Below the pieces are notes generated by a model. It had not been told where the DNA came from. It saw only the letters and a list, made by a program, of their open reading frames with translations, and did no database searches. A DNA stretch of 47,603 nucleotides from IMG/VR virus record IMGVR_UViG_3300049228_000125, positions 1 to 47,603 of that record, one strand, 5' to 3'. The position numbers and the translations under genes are program-made. The stretch's first letter is position 1; every line of letters begins with the position of its first letter. Source of the stretch: a virus (Duplodnaviria; Caudoviricetes). Shown here piece after piece: positions 35,201-43,939 of the stretch.

Positions 35201-38200
35201 ACGATAAACTCTGGCCGGCCGAGATTAAGATCGTTCCGATAAGGCGCTTCCTTGTTCTTTATCCTCGTAATGATCCCATCGATGAGGTCTTTAATCTTCC
35301 CCGCAGTCGTGCGGAAGAACTTCTCGACAGGTCCGACAGGAGTATGAGGCTGCACCATCCAGCGGGTGATATTCGAAACGAGCCACTCCTCGAAGTTATA
35401 CGCAGCCCGATGTCTCCCGCGTTGCTCCCCGATCGTCCTTTCGAGAACGGGATGGGCGACAACCCTCGCGAGCTGGGTAGCTTTGTTCTGCCCTTGAGAA
35501 GCATGACGTTCTCTTCGATACGCCACCTTAAACAGCTCCTGCTGTGGCGTACCCATCCTCTCCCATTCATACGAGGCTATGATCTTCGACGCCTCATGCG
35601 CAACATCCGTGACGAACGCAGCAGCATCGGGCTCCTCCACAAACATTTTCGTAGTCGGGACGCCTAGTGACTGTGCCGCCTTCCCCGCAGGAGAAAGATT
35701 TAACGCCTTTACCTTCGGCGGAGGTACGGCATCTCCCTTCTCCGCCTTTGTATATGCGAGGGTATCTTGCCCCACAAGATTATCTGTCCGAGCGAGATTA
35801 CCATTCCCCACCTCGTCATCCATTTTCATCGTGAGCGCGTCAAATGTTCCGGCTTCCTGGAACTCCCATACGCCTCCCTTGCCCTGCTTCTCCAGAAGAT
35901 GGGTCACACCCGGATAAGCCGTATCGAAATCCGCCCTCGACATCGTCTTCAACGAGGACTCTTTCAGCCCCGACAGCTTAATGACCGGTTGAATTCTATA
36001 CGCATCCCCTCTTTTCTGCCCGGGCTCCCGCTTCGCGACGAAAAGCTGTTTCTCCCCCTCCGGACGTTTAACAAGGGGCTTCTGGCCAACTGTCTGCCTC
36101 CCATAAAACCAGGGATCGACCTGAATAACCGATCGAGCTTGAGGCTGGCCATTCTTCGTAAGAACGACGGACTTCTCCTCGTATAAAGTCCCTCGCCCGT
36201 TTAAGCTCCCCGGCGCGACGATTTCAATCGCGACATCCGTCCGGATTGCCATGGACTTAAAGATGTCTCGGATCATATCTCCGATAGGAGAAATACCGGG
36301 TATGTTCGTACCACCAGCTCCCATGCCTACCAGGCCCGAGAGGATTCGACGAAGAGAGGTATTATGAAACTGCGACATAAACGCCGCTTGCACGGCGGGA
36401 GTCTGGAAGATTATCCTCTTCGCAACCCTTGGCTCACCCGTCCGCTTCGACCGGGACCGGATGATTTTCTGTAGGTCTTTGTCCTTCCCGGCAGAGGGCT
36501 CCGTTATCTCAACCCCCTCCGCAAACCCGTTCGGGGCTAGCCTGCGTAGGAGAGCAAAATTAGGAGTATCAGCTGTGACATCGAGACGGAGACCTCTATC
36601 CACCAGAGACATGAACCGCTCGACCGAAGCCTTTGGAAACTTCTGGAAGCCCTTTGAAACACGACCTGTCCCCTGAAGAAATTGCACAAACTCTTTAAGT
36701 AGGTTCTTCTGGGTCGGAACATCCGTGACCCCTTCAAACCTAATTCCCTTCGCCTTTGCGCGACCAACATCAAGCTTTCGCGAAATCTGTTGATCCGCCT
36801 GCACCTGACGGGAAAGGTCCTGCGTTGGAAACGCCGTAACGTCCCCCGGACGTACCCTCTCGAGGTCGACCGTCTTTCCACGTCCCTCGTCCTCGCCAGA
36901 AAGACGGGAGAGTACGTAGAAGCTCTTCCCATTATCCCTCGTCCGCGTTTCCTTCAGCTCCGCCTTGCTCCGCATGGAGGACAAGTCCGTCGGCCCCTGC
37001 GCCTGCATAAGTTGCGTGTGCTTGTTCGGATCGCGAAGGACGATTTGAGAATCCGGGAAGGGCTCCACCCTGGCGCCGTTATCCATGGCCTGACGGTAGA
37101 ACACCGCCGCTTTCGCCAGCGCATTCTCCCTCGCCTGCGGAGTTGTCCCTGTTTTTGCTTTATCCCTCCACTTGATCGCCTCGACGAGGTTATCCGCCGC
37201 CTCTTTCAGGGTGTTCTGATTGAGGAAGTCAACGCGCGAGTCCGCAATGCTCGACGGAAGATCCTCGACAGAAACAGAAATATCTCCCCGATTGACCTTG
37301 TCCGGGTCAAGACGGAGATATGACGTTACTTTTGCGTTGGCTCCGTCATTAAGAGCTTGATCTTGCGACCCAAACGTAAGCTCCGTCCCTGGAATAGCCG
37401 CAGCAAAGAGGCCTCGCCGGCGAATATCAACAGTGCTTTGTAGGGCGTCAAGCTCAGCGATATTGGCCACCCCGACAGTGGCATCAAGTCCGGGGAGAGA
37501 GGCGTCAATCGCAGCCTCAGGGCCGGTAGTTGGGAGTTCATCAGGGCCTTGACCCGTGAGGTAAGGAACATCTCCCGCAGCCTTACGCACGTCGGAGTCT
37601 TTAAGCGCCTCATCTGGATGTGACCCGTGATAGAGGGAGAAAAACCCGCCGCCGATACCACCTGCTACGAGGGAGTTCAGCCGGCGGGAGTTAGCTTCGG
37701 GAGAGAGGTAGCCGTAATTCTCGTCAATGTAGCTCCGGGTGATAATGTCAGCTTCTTCCTGAAGAGCTTCGGTCCCCCCCTCCGTCGCAGCACCAACTCC
37801 CAGCTTTCCGAGCCGTCCGCTTCCCTGGTATATACGATCAAGGAGATGAGTTGCTTGGTTGCCGGTAAGTCCAAGGGATTTTCCTAACATAAGAGGGAAG
37901 ACACTTTCGAGCGCACCCTTAGCTGAGCCAGCGAGGAGGGAGGCCCCCGTGTAGATATCCTTCTGGGAGTCCCATAGCTCCTGCCCCGTCGCCGCGCTTT
38001 CTATCCCAGCCGCAGTCGCAACCGCTCCGGCCGTCGAGGCGGGGATAGAATTGAGGATCGCAGAACGCGTAGCGGTCTGGACCCCTTTTTTCGCAAGCAT
38101 CCCCGCTAGCATATCCGCCGCCCCAGCTCCCGACATGATCGCCGCAACGAAGGGAAGAGTCTCCCCAATCGTCCCGGCAACGTACCTACTCCACGTAGAG

Positions 38201-38592
38201 GGGTCCATGAGCTTAAGTTGCTCGATAGACGCTATACCTCTCTGCGCCCCGCCGGAGGCTATATCGGAGGAGGTCTGCATAAGGGCCTCATCCAGCCCGT
38301 GCGTATCCGCCCCGGTCCAGTCCTCGACCTTCCTTACCCCCATAGCAGCTAGGGCAGGAGCGGTCGAAACCACCTGCCTCACGCCCTGTTGAAGCCCAGC
38401 TCCAAGCTCCCCGAGCGTCGTTTCCGCCTTTGCATTTCCAAACAACGTTGAACTCTCCGAGAGCTTCTGCCCCACGCTTTTCGGCGCGGACTCTCCCGGA
38501 GCTTCTGACCTGAATTCGGCCCACGGATCATGCTCGGCTGGAGCCTGTGCATTCACCGCCCTAAATTCAGCCCATGGATCATTTTCAGCCAT
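32215..38592 (-). CDS. Large internal virion / DNA-ejection polyvalent protein with PLxRFG-type domain
   Basis: 2125 aa, last late gene; Ala/Gly-rich N-terminal region; YFPHMRFGKY motif; degenerate zincin-like HEASK. Confidence 0.75.
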   Translation of the reverse strand: MAENDPWAEFRAVNAQAPAEHDPWAEFRSEAPGESAPKSVGQKLSESSTLFGNAKAETTLGELGAGLQQGVRQVVSTAPALAAMGVRKVEDWTGADTHGLDEALMQTSSDIASGGAQRGIASIEQLKLMDPSTWSRYVAGTIGETLPFVAAIMSGAGAADMLAGMLAKKGVQTATRSAILNSIPASTAGAVATAAGIESAATGQELWDSQKDIYTGASLLAGSAKGALESVFPLMLGKSLGLTGNQATHLLDRIYQGSGRLGKLGVGAATEGGTEALQEEADIITRSYIDENYGYLSPEANSRRLNSLVAGGIGGGFFSLYHGSHPDEALKDSDVRKAAGDVPYLTGQGPDELPTTGPEAAIDASLPGLDATVGVANIAELDALQSTVDIRRRGLFAAAIPGTELTFGSQDQALNDGANAKVTSYLRLDPDKVNRGDISVSVEDLPSSIADSRVDFLNQNTLKEAADNLVEAIKWRDKAKTGTTPQARENALAKAAVFYRQAMDNGARVEPFPDSQIVLRDPNKHTQLMQAQGPTDLSSMRSKAELKETRTRDNGKSFYVLSRLSGEDEGRGKTVDLERVRPGDVTAFPTQDLSRQVQADQQISRKLDVGRAKAKGIRFEGVTDVPTQKNLLKEFVQFLQGTGRVSKGFQKFPKASVERFMSLVDRGLRLDVTADTPNFALLRRLAPNGFAEGVEITEPSAGKDKDLQKIIRSRSKRTGEPRVAKRIIFQTPAVQAAFMSQFHNTSLRRILSGLVGMGAGGTNIPGISPIGDMIRDIFKSMAIRTDVAIEIVAPGSLNGRGTLYEEKSVVLTKNGQPQARSVIQVDPWFYGRQTVGQKPLVKRPEGEKQLFVAKREPGQKRGDAYRIQPVIKLSGLKESSLKTMSRADFDTAYPGVTHLLEKQGKGGVWEFQEAGTFDALTMKMDDEVGNGNLARTDNLVGQDTLAYTKAEKGDAVPPPKVKALNLSPAGKAAQSLGVPTTKMFVEEPDAAAFVTDVAHEASKIIASYEWERMGTPQQELFKVAYRRERHASQGQNKATQLARVVAHPVLERTIGEQRGRHRAAYNFEEWLVSNITRWMVQPHTPVGPVEKFFRTTAGKIKDLIDGIITRIKNKEAPYRNDLNLGRPEFIVKEWLDKLMQRGKVTQEEPFLSEPTRRALNDSIARNVKNAKALGLDESVTMFPERASTFRVKQLLKIFPKDAHADRAKIKGLLAVADRHNTIMEWILGIHQMADLNPHIAGLQAYKSLNRAMENTALSWASLADSRVREVHALGKAQSDALFKLLFELDQMTYLTKEQRENHETRWPTEQELLALVKKHGLQKAAFDAYVNIRQDFLQFLSYLEEVSTQKAIETIQDPLELAKEVKSIAGEVSQMKARPYFPHMRFGKYVVTVRNSKGEVLHFEAFSSKKERDGAVVAIEKAYKVPGENSIVEDELSPTLQQWQGLPAFALRNIESALGLDKPDLTTQQKKDKKLLEALALQAAPTTSFRRQLLERANTPGYSADGLRAYGTYFARAARFVARQEYTKRLEGAIRDVRQSGSPISQDARTRIADYMTRHYEELMKPSTDWAEMRAIGYLWYFAFVPATAFVNLTQVPMVAMPYLATKFGDLATMGKVTSAFTQVSKDYFNELRGIQPKDEGILSEAIEEAHESRLLDDGFAQELAAISQGSVLQRTLSTSKFGQGLRRLGQWGTAPFSLAEKFNRAVTFRAAYAMALRDNNSAHVNEVMAGNQQEADQLRVDRGWDEPHLRAYMVAADAVRTTQFEYSRWARPKLMSGPKGVLLMFKSYLQNMLFFLFKQDRGVQVRMLLGLAATAGLMGLPGADDANELMKWLLRQFGMNFDFEKMIRTMMADWTEGNTGDIVLHGASRIGFGIPAALNGLGIPSATPDLSGSLSMGKLIPGLKGMINPDSSSWRETVGQVTSEVAGPWLGVPFNIYQSVMDHSLPADDVKRWERTFPRALRAMMKSSRLMAEQRERDRSGATVVSFDPNDMSDQMDIASVAAGFQPAKLSRQWDYTRAQMEVQRYWLGQRQILTQELFRAKRLKDKEGIEDAVKAIRGFNEEAPDKALRITNDTLKKSMQAQGRNLKFKEAGVPVNKAVRGITGQVDRLYPEAVTRREKVPGR

Positions 38593-39719
38593 TACGGAGC
38601 GGTCCCTCTGGTTACTTTTCCATTATGCTCGAAGAGGAATTTTGTCCCGCTTGGAAGCTTCTTCGCATCAGCGGGAGTTTTGATGAAGGGAAGGCCCTCG
38701 AGCGTTTCCGTCCCTCCTACGTTCGGAGCCTTTGTAGGAGTGTCCAGCTTCTGCGCCTCGGCGAGGATGGTGTTAAACTTCTCCGTCGGATCGGAGTCCC
38801 CGGTCCCGAGGATATCCTCCTGATTGAGGGTCTTCAACCGTTGAGAGAGATAAAGCTTCCCCTTCGGCCCGAGGTTCGCAGACGCAGCCGCCTCATCGAG
38901 GGTAGTAGGCTGCTTCCCTTTTAGCCTCTTCGATCGAGAGCTTTCTCCCGATGCAAGATCCTCCGCGTTGGCCTTATAATACCCGGCCTTTGCTTTCGAT
39001 TCCTCGACATCCGCCCCAGTTTTCTCCGTCTTGAGCTTCTGGTTCGCCGCCTCGATCTGTATCCCCCTCTGCCGGTCCTCCTCGTTCGTATTGAGCTGCG
39101 CAGCCCGACCAGCCGCAGCCGCACCGCCTCCGACAGCCTGTCCAATTTGCGACAGGGAGTTCCCCCAACTCGGGGTCATCAAGTTCAACCCGAGCTGGAG
39201 CATCATGGCTTTAACCGGATCAGCAACGGGAGCGGCTTGCCCCACCGCCGGTACCCTCAGCTGCCCATCTGGACCTGGTACCGCCGCTCCGCCAGTGCCG
39301 GCTCCCCCTGCAAACGGGTTTCTCTCAGGTAGAGGAGGGCTCTCTCCCTCTTCGTCTTCTCCCGGAACATTTTCCGGCGGAGTTTCCGACTCATCCTTCG
39401 AAGCGGCGTCCTTTTTTTCAGGAAGGGGAACGTCAGATGAGGGAGCATTGTAGTACCTCCTCGCTTCAGCCTCAGCCTTATCACCTTTCAACTTCGTCAC
39501 GGCGGGGGAGTCACCGGTCGCTCCAAAGGTCAAGCCCCCCATGCTTGGACCTTGAAGGAGGGATTTGAGAAATCCCGGCCCAGGAGAAGGGAGAGGGGCT
39601 GCCCCCCTAAGAGGGTTCGGGGAAGGTATTCCCGGTCCGGTCTCCGGAGGTGTAAGCGGGCTCCCGAAAAGCCAATCGAGAATCCCCGGCATCTGTCCGA
39701 TAGGAGGATTTGCAGCCAT
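38592..39719 (-). CDS. Putative internal virion (ejection) protein
   Basis: 375 aa, Pro/Gly-rich; C-terminal AKKLPSGTKF motif; TAATG-coupled. Confidence 0.65.
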   Translation of the reverse strand: MAANPPIGQMPGILDWLFGSPLTPPETGPGIPSPNPLRGAAPLPSPGPGFLKSLLQGPSMGGLTFGATGDSPAVTKLKGDKAEAEARRYYNAPSSDVPLPEKKDAASKDESETPPENVPGEDEEGESPPLPERNPFAGGAGTGGAAVPGPDGQLRVPAVGQAAPVADPVKAMMLQLGLNLMTPSWGNSLSQIGQAVGGGAAAAGRAAQLNTNEEDRQRGIQIEAANQKLKTEKTGADVEESKAKAGYYKANAEDLASGESSRSKRLKGKQPTTLDEAAASANLGPKGKLYLSQRLKTLNQEDILGTGDSDPTEKFNTILAEAQKLDTPTKAPNVGGTETLEGLPFIKTPADAKKLPSGTKFLFEHNGKVTRGTAP

Positions 39720-40531
39720 TACACACCTCCGGAGAAGAGGGGATTCCGAGCAGGCACCTGAGGTTGTCCCGCCCCAAACATGGAGGTGAGAAGCGCCTCA
39801 AGGGAGTTCGGGTCCGCGTGGAAAGAGGGATTGGGGGAAGGGACAGGCGGTCGCATCGCAGGCGTATGGGGGGTCGGAGCGATCTCCGGATTGTTCGGAA
39901 CAGGTGGAGGTGGTGGAGGGGTAGACATTCTCCCTCCCATACCCTGCGCCTCCTGCATCATCGGAGGGACCTGCGTCATCTGCTGCGACTGACCCGGACC
40001 CCGAATCATATTCGCGAGGATTTCCTCGTCCGGACCGCCCTGCTGGAAGGGATTTCGCTCCGGAACGTCCATCGTCGTGGGCATCTGGGTAAAGGGAGAG
40101 CCTCCCATCGGCGCCTCCGTCGTCCCGCCGCCCATCGAAGGAGAGGGCATACCCCCGGAGAACATAGACATCAAGGCCTGGGCCATCATGGAGAGGGGGT
40201 CATCTCCCGGAGCCTGCATGTCACCCTTCGTCCCTTGCACTGTCTGCGGCGTCATGGCGTCGTTCCTTATACCATTGTCGAGTTCAGCGGTAGCTTTCCC
40301 ACGTGGAGGAAGAGACTGCTTAGCCTTCGGTGGCTTTCCAAAGAGCCCCTCCACATCTCCACGAGTAGCACCCGGCATGAGCTGTGGAATGTTGATCAGC
40401 GGGCCGGTTTGATTTGGACCGGGGACGGTTATATAATCCGCCTGCCCTGGTCCGTAGGTTTGATAGCTCTCCGGGGAACCAAAGAGGCTATAAAACTTCC
40501 CCGGATCGCCGGATTTCCCGCTTGCGCTCAT
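39719..40531 (-). CDS. Putative internal virion protein (Pro/Met/Gly-rich)
   Basis: 270 aa, low complexity, TAATG-coupled. Confidence 0.65.
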   Translation of the reverse strand: MSASGKSGDPGKFYSLFGSPESYQTYGPGQADYITVPGPNQTGPLINIPQLMPGATRGDVEGLFGKPPKAKQSLPPRGKATAELDNGIRNDAMTPQTVQGTKGDMQAPGDDPLSMMAQALMSMFSGGMPSPSMGGGTTEAPMGGSPFTQMPTTMDVPERNPFQQGGPDEEILANMIRGPGQSQQMTQVPPMMQEAQGMGGRMSTPPPPPPVPNNPEIAPTPHTPAMRPPVPSPNPSFHADPNSLEALLTSMFGAGQPQVPARNPLFSGGV

Positions 40532-40848
40532 TACCTCCCCGCGAGGAGCTGTGCAAAAGTGGGCAATTGCGGCGTATTCGCCCGCCTCGTCGCCGCCGCG
40601 TTGAGCGCCGGATTGATCGTGTCCTCCATACGCTGCAAGAAGGGCAACTGCGTACCAGAAACACCTCCAGACATGATAGGCTTTGTCGCGGCGGGAGGAT
40701 TTACCGCCTGAAACGCCTTCGCTCCAGCGGCGATGTTCCCTCCGAGACCTCCCCCCGTCCCTGGAGCCGGCGCTTCCCCCAGTCCTCCTGGTCCACCCGG
40801 ACCTCCGAAGGCATTTTGACCCAGAAGCATTTGAAGAAAGTTGTCCAT
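40531..40848 (-). CDS. Small putative internal virion protein
   Basis: AGGAGGAG RBS, 105 aa. Confidence 0.65.
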   Translation of the reverse strand: MDNFLQMLLGQNAFGGPGGPGGLGEAPAPGTGGGLGGNIAAGAKAFQAVNPPAATKPIMSGGVSGTQLPFLQRMEDTINPALNAAATRRANTPQLPTFAQLLAGR

Positions 40849-40857
40849 TTTCTCCTC

Positions 40858-41646
40858 CTACATAAACGCGAGCATTGCGGCGATACCACCTAGCCCCTGC
40901 GTGAGGGGATTGGTCTGGGGCTGAGCCCCGGTCACGGTCCCAGTTGTCCCACCTCCAGGGGTAGCGGCAGAGGCACCGAGGAGTTGAAGCCCGAGATTAA
41001 AGGGAAACATCGATTTGTCGAACTCGCCTTGGTCCTGTTGCTGAGTAAGGCCTCTCCGTTGTCCCCCGACAGTGTCCTGCGCAATTTGAGGGAAGAGATT
41101 CGCCGATTGAGTTTGTGGGGTAAGGGCTATCCCCTTCAACATGGCGTCGAGATTTTGCCCATACGCGGTGTTCAGGAGCTGGTTTACCGTATCTTTTTCA
41201 GCCGTTTGATAGGTCCCAGCTGCATAATCCCCGGCTTGTTTGCTCTTTGAGGTGCCTAGCGCACCGGCTTGGATCGCGCCACCTCGAACCGAAGGCATGA
41301 CAACCCGCTGGAAGTTCTCGCTAAGCGGGCGAACAGCCGCGTCAACAGCTCCCTTAAGATATGGATTGCTGTCCACATCCATCACATCGCCGGAGGTAAG
41401 GAAATTCGTCGCCTTCGCATCGTTTGAAGCGAGGGTGTCAAGCGACCCGCCAGGAGCAGCTTTTGCGAGAATTCCTTCCTGACTCTGCGTCTGTGCCGGG
41501 TCGAACCCCGGGACGCTAGGCGGGGTCGGAGGGCTCCCCGCCGTCGGCTTGATCAACCCCATCGCCGAGTTCATCAGGTCTCTCTGTTCCGGGGAGAGCA
41601 CCTGCTGCGTCGTCTGCGTCACGGTTGAGGGCTGTTTCTTTTGCAC
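40858..41646 (-). CDS. Putative DNA-transfer / pilot protein
   Basis: GTG start after GAGG; TVTQTT N-terminus, NPYL motif, Gln/Ala-rich, Gly-rich hydrophobic C-terminus. Confidence 0.65.
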   Translation of the reverse strand: MQKKQPSTVTQTTQQVLSPEQRDLMNSAMGLIKPTAGSPPTPPSVPGFDPAQTQSQEGILAKAAPGGSLDTLASNDAKATNFLTSGDVMDVDSNPYLKGAVDAAVRPLSENFQRVVMPSVRGGAIQAGALGTSKSKQAGDYAAGTYQTAEKDTVNQLLNTAYGQNLDAMLKGIALTPQTQSANLFPQIAQDTVGGQRRGLTQQQDQGEFDKSMFPFNLGLQLLGASAATPGGGTTGTVTGAQPQTNPLTQGLGGIAAMLAFM

Positions 41647-42088
41647 TTCTAACCTCTTTGATTAAGGAGATCTGGGCAAACTCATACCCAAGAGGGCGGA
41701 GGAGCTTGCCCCACGCAGCTCTACCATTCACGTAGACGTAATCCGCCTCAATCATCTCGGCGAAGAGGTCTATTCCGGTGAAGAACTTCTCGATATAGGA
41801 GGTGACGTTCCATCCCCCACACCACACGACGGTTATAATCTTGGCCCTAGGCGCACAGGCGACCTCTGTTAGGGCGAACATCTCGACAATATCGCCATCT
41901 CCCCCGATCCAGAGCTGGTAGATCTCATCACGGATAAGATCGATAACGTCCGTGATCGTGAGGAGGGGTGCCCAGAGTTCTGGGTGTCGCTCAAGAACGG
42001 CTTGAAGCCGAGGGAGGTAGGGTTGGGCCTCACCTACGTCGAGGATTTGAACCCAATGTTTATCCGAGTTTGTGCCAGGCTCCACCAT
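41516..42088 (-). CDS. GNAT-like protein of the podovirus tail/ejection region
   Basis: YQLW...ALTEV...VVWCGG...GRAAWGKLLRPLGY pattern; position between nozzle and pilot genes. Confidence 0.6.
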   Translation of the reverse strand: MVEPGTNSDKHWVQILDVGEAQPYLPRLQAVLERHPELWAPLLTITDVIDLIRDEIYQLWIGGDGDIVEMFALTEVACAPRAKIITVVWCGGWNVTSYIEKFFTGIDLFAEMIEADYVYVNGRAAWGKLLRPLGYEFAQISLIKEVRSAKETALNRDADDAAGALPGTERPDELGDGVDQADGGEPSDPA

Positions 42089-42332
42089 AGTAGCCAAAGA
42101 ACCCTCCATTGCCTGTTCCATCCGGGTTGAACGTTGAGCCACTTGCCACCGTAGCGACAAGAACAATTTCGCCATCTCTCGGTTTCGGCGGAACGTTATA
42201 TATTGCGGTAAGTTTTAAACCCTCTGCCCCGAAATTAAAAGCGCTCTCAAGGGCACGCTTAACATCCTCAATCCACTTGACCACAAGCCCCAGGTCCATA
42301 CGGGTCGGAGCGGGAGGAAGCTGTATCCCCAT
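42060..42332 (-). CDS. Small tail-associated protein
   Basis: 90 aa; PPKPRDGEIV...GFFGYYGGAWHKL. Confidence 0.65.
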   Translation of the reverse strand: MGIQLPPAPTRMDLGLVVKWIEDVKRALESAFNFGAEGLKLTAIYNVPPKPRDGEIVLVATVASGSTFNPDGTGNGGFFGYYGGAWHKLG

Positions 42333-43930
42333 CAATTATCTCCCAGGGGTTGGATGTCGACGTCATAGCCGGAGATCTCCGCCCCAGGTTGGAGGGTAAA
42401 GTGAAGCGCGGGAAGGCGAACGTTGAGAGGGTCTCCCGGGGGGTCGATGAAGTTAAACTCCTGCCCAGGGGTAAAGGTCACGGGGGTTGTGTAGGTCGGA
42501 GCGGTCCCAATTTGAGGGCTTCCCCCGAACTTAACCGCTACAGGACCCCCTGTCACCTTCGGCCATAGCCTCGTGACGAGGCGTCTTTGCTGATAATCTA
42601 GGAGAGGGGCCCCTTCCCTATCTTGCCCGATGATTGCGAGGGCGGTTCGCTCTACCGTCGCAACGAAAGGCGTCCCGTTGAAGTCGGTTCCTATATCGGC
42701 TTGAAGAAGGTGGGTATGAGCTTGATCCGCAAGGACAAGTTTCCTCCTCGCTGCATCCTGATACTGCTGCGCGCCGACGTTGTCGTAAGTAACAGATGAG
42801 GAAAGCGAGTCATATGTCGTGGTGGAGGGGAGTTCTACCACCCCCGTAGCTCCATAGACCGCGTTGATGTCGCGGAAGGTGATAGTATTCCTCCGATAGT
42901 TCCATACAAGCGCAATATTCGGTGTCGACATCCCATTTTGCGGGTAGCAGAACCAGGCCTCATCCTGTGCGGGATTGTCCACAACGAACGAGGCTTTATA
43001 AAACTGCGGATCGATGTCGGAATTGAGGAATTTGCGTATCTTCTTATCGACAACGCTTGTGAAATTCTGCCCGTCAAAGAAACCGACGTCTTGTCCGTTG
43101 TTTAGGAAGTGGATTTGCGTCCCATTCATCGGAAGAGTCAGCGGCGTGACGCAACGCTTCGCGAGAATCCCCGCCGTTTGAAGCTGCGTATCGAAGGACA
43201 TTATCAGTTGTCCTCCGATATGCCTCATAATCCACGTCGACTCCGATTTGTAGATGACGAACATGTCCCGGAGGGCCATACCGTCGATAATTTCCCCCGA
43301 GTTCACGTCGGAAAGATCAAACTCCAGCGCGTCAACAGCCGGGTCGGTCTCGTCCCAGGAGGTAGGAAGAACCCCGGGCTCGGCGGAATCAGACACAAGA
43401 ACTCTATGTGGCCGCACATCTCCGGGAGCGATTGTGTTCAATGCGACGAGGTAGTTTTTATACGACCGCACGACCGCAGCTTGAAGATTTGCCGGCCAGT
43501 TTGGAAGGTTTGCAAAATCCGTTGCAAGGGAGATGGTTACGAGATATTGGGGTATATCGGTCCCATTATTCAGGATAGGGATACCTTGAAAAAGGGTTGA
43601 ATTCCAATCCTCTGCAAAGTTTGCCGTATAGTTTGCCGCCCTCGACATGTCCGCATGCGCACCGGAGTTGTAACCGTAGATTTTGCTCCCAGCCCCAACG
43701 GCGTTTGCATAGATCCAGAAGGAGCCCGCCCCGACCTGCACATTTAAAAGGTGAACGGGTGCAACGGAAGGAGGCTCCATAACTTGAGCGTCGCCGAGGA
43801 AACGGACCGCTTTATTATCGATAAATCTCACGTTCCTCGCATTTGTCCAGGCTTCTGGAGGTTGTGCATGATCAGGCTCATCCGACACAATACCATGCCG
43901 GGCGATATTCGCGACAGGGATAACCGGCAT
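42332..43930 (-). CDS. Tail nozzle / packaged-DNA stabilisation protein
   Basis: 532 aa, beta-propeller-like; PPEAWTNARNVRF N-terminus; GGAGG RBS; position. Confidence 0.7.
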   Translation of the reverse strand: MPVIPVANIARHGIVSDEPDHAQPPEAWTNARNVRFIDNKAVRFLGDAQVMEPPSVAPVHLLNVQVGAGSFWIYANAVGAGSKIYGYNSGAHADMSRAANYTANFAEDWNSTLFQGIPILNNGTDIPQYLVTISLATDFANLPNWPANLQAAVVRSYKNYLVALNTIAPGDVRPHRVLVSDSAEPGVLPTSWDETDPAVDALEFDLSDVNSGEIIDGMALRDMFVIYKSESTWIMRHIGGQLIMSFDTQLQTAGILAKRCVTPLTLPMNGTQIHFLNNGQDVGFFDGQNFTSVVDKKIRKFLNSDIDPQFYKASFVVDNPAQDEAWFCYPQNGMSTPNIALVWNYRRNTITFRDINAVYGATGVVELPSTTTYDSLSSSVTYDNVGAQQYQDAARRKLVLADQAHTHLLQADIGTDFNGTPFVATVERTALAIIGQDREGAPLLDYQQRRLVTRLWPKVTGGPVAVKFGGSPQIGTAPTYTTPVTFTPGQEFNFIDPPGDPLNVRLPALHFTLQPGAEISGYDVDIQPLGDN

Positions 43931-43939
43931 AGTAACCTC

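Noticed and set aside
32215-38592. Virion RNA polymerase
   Set aside because: The size is suggestive, but I found no DxDxD motif or T7/N4-type motifs A, B, C.
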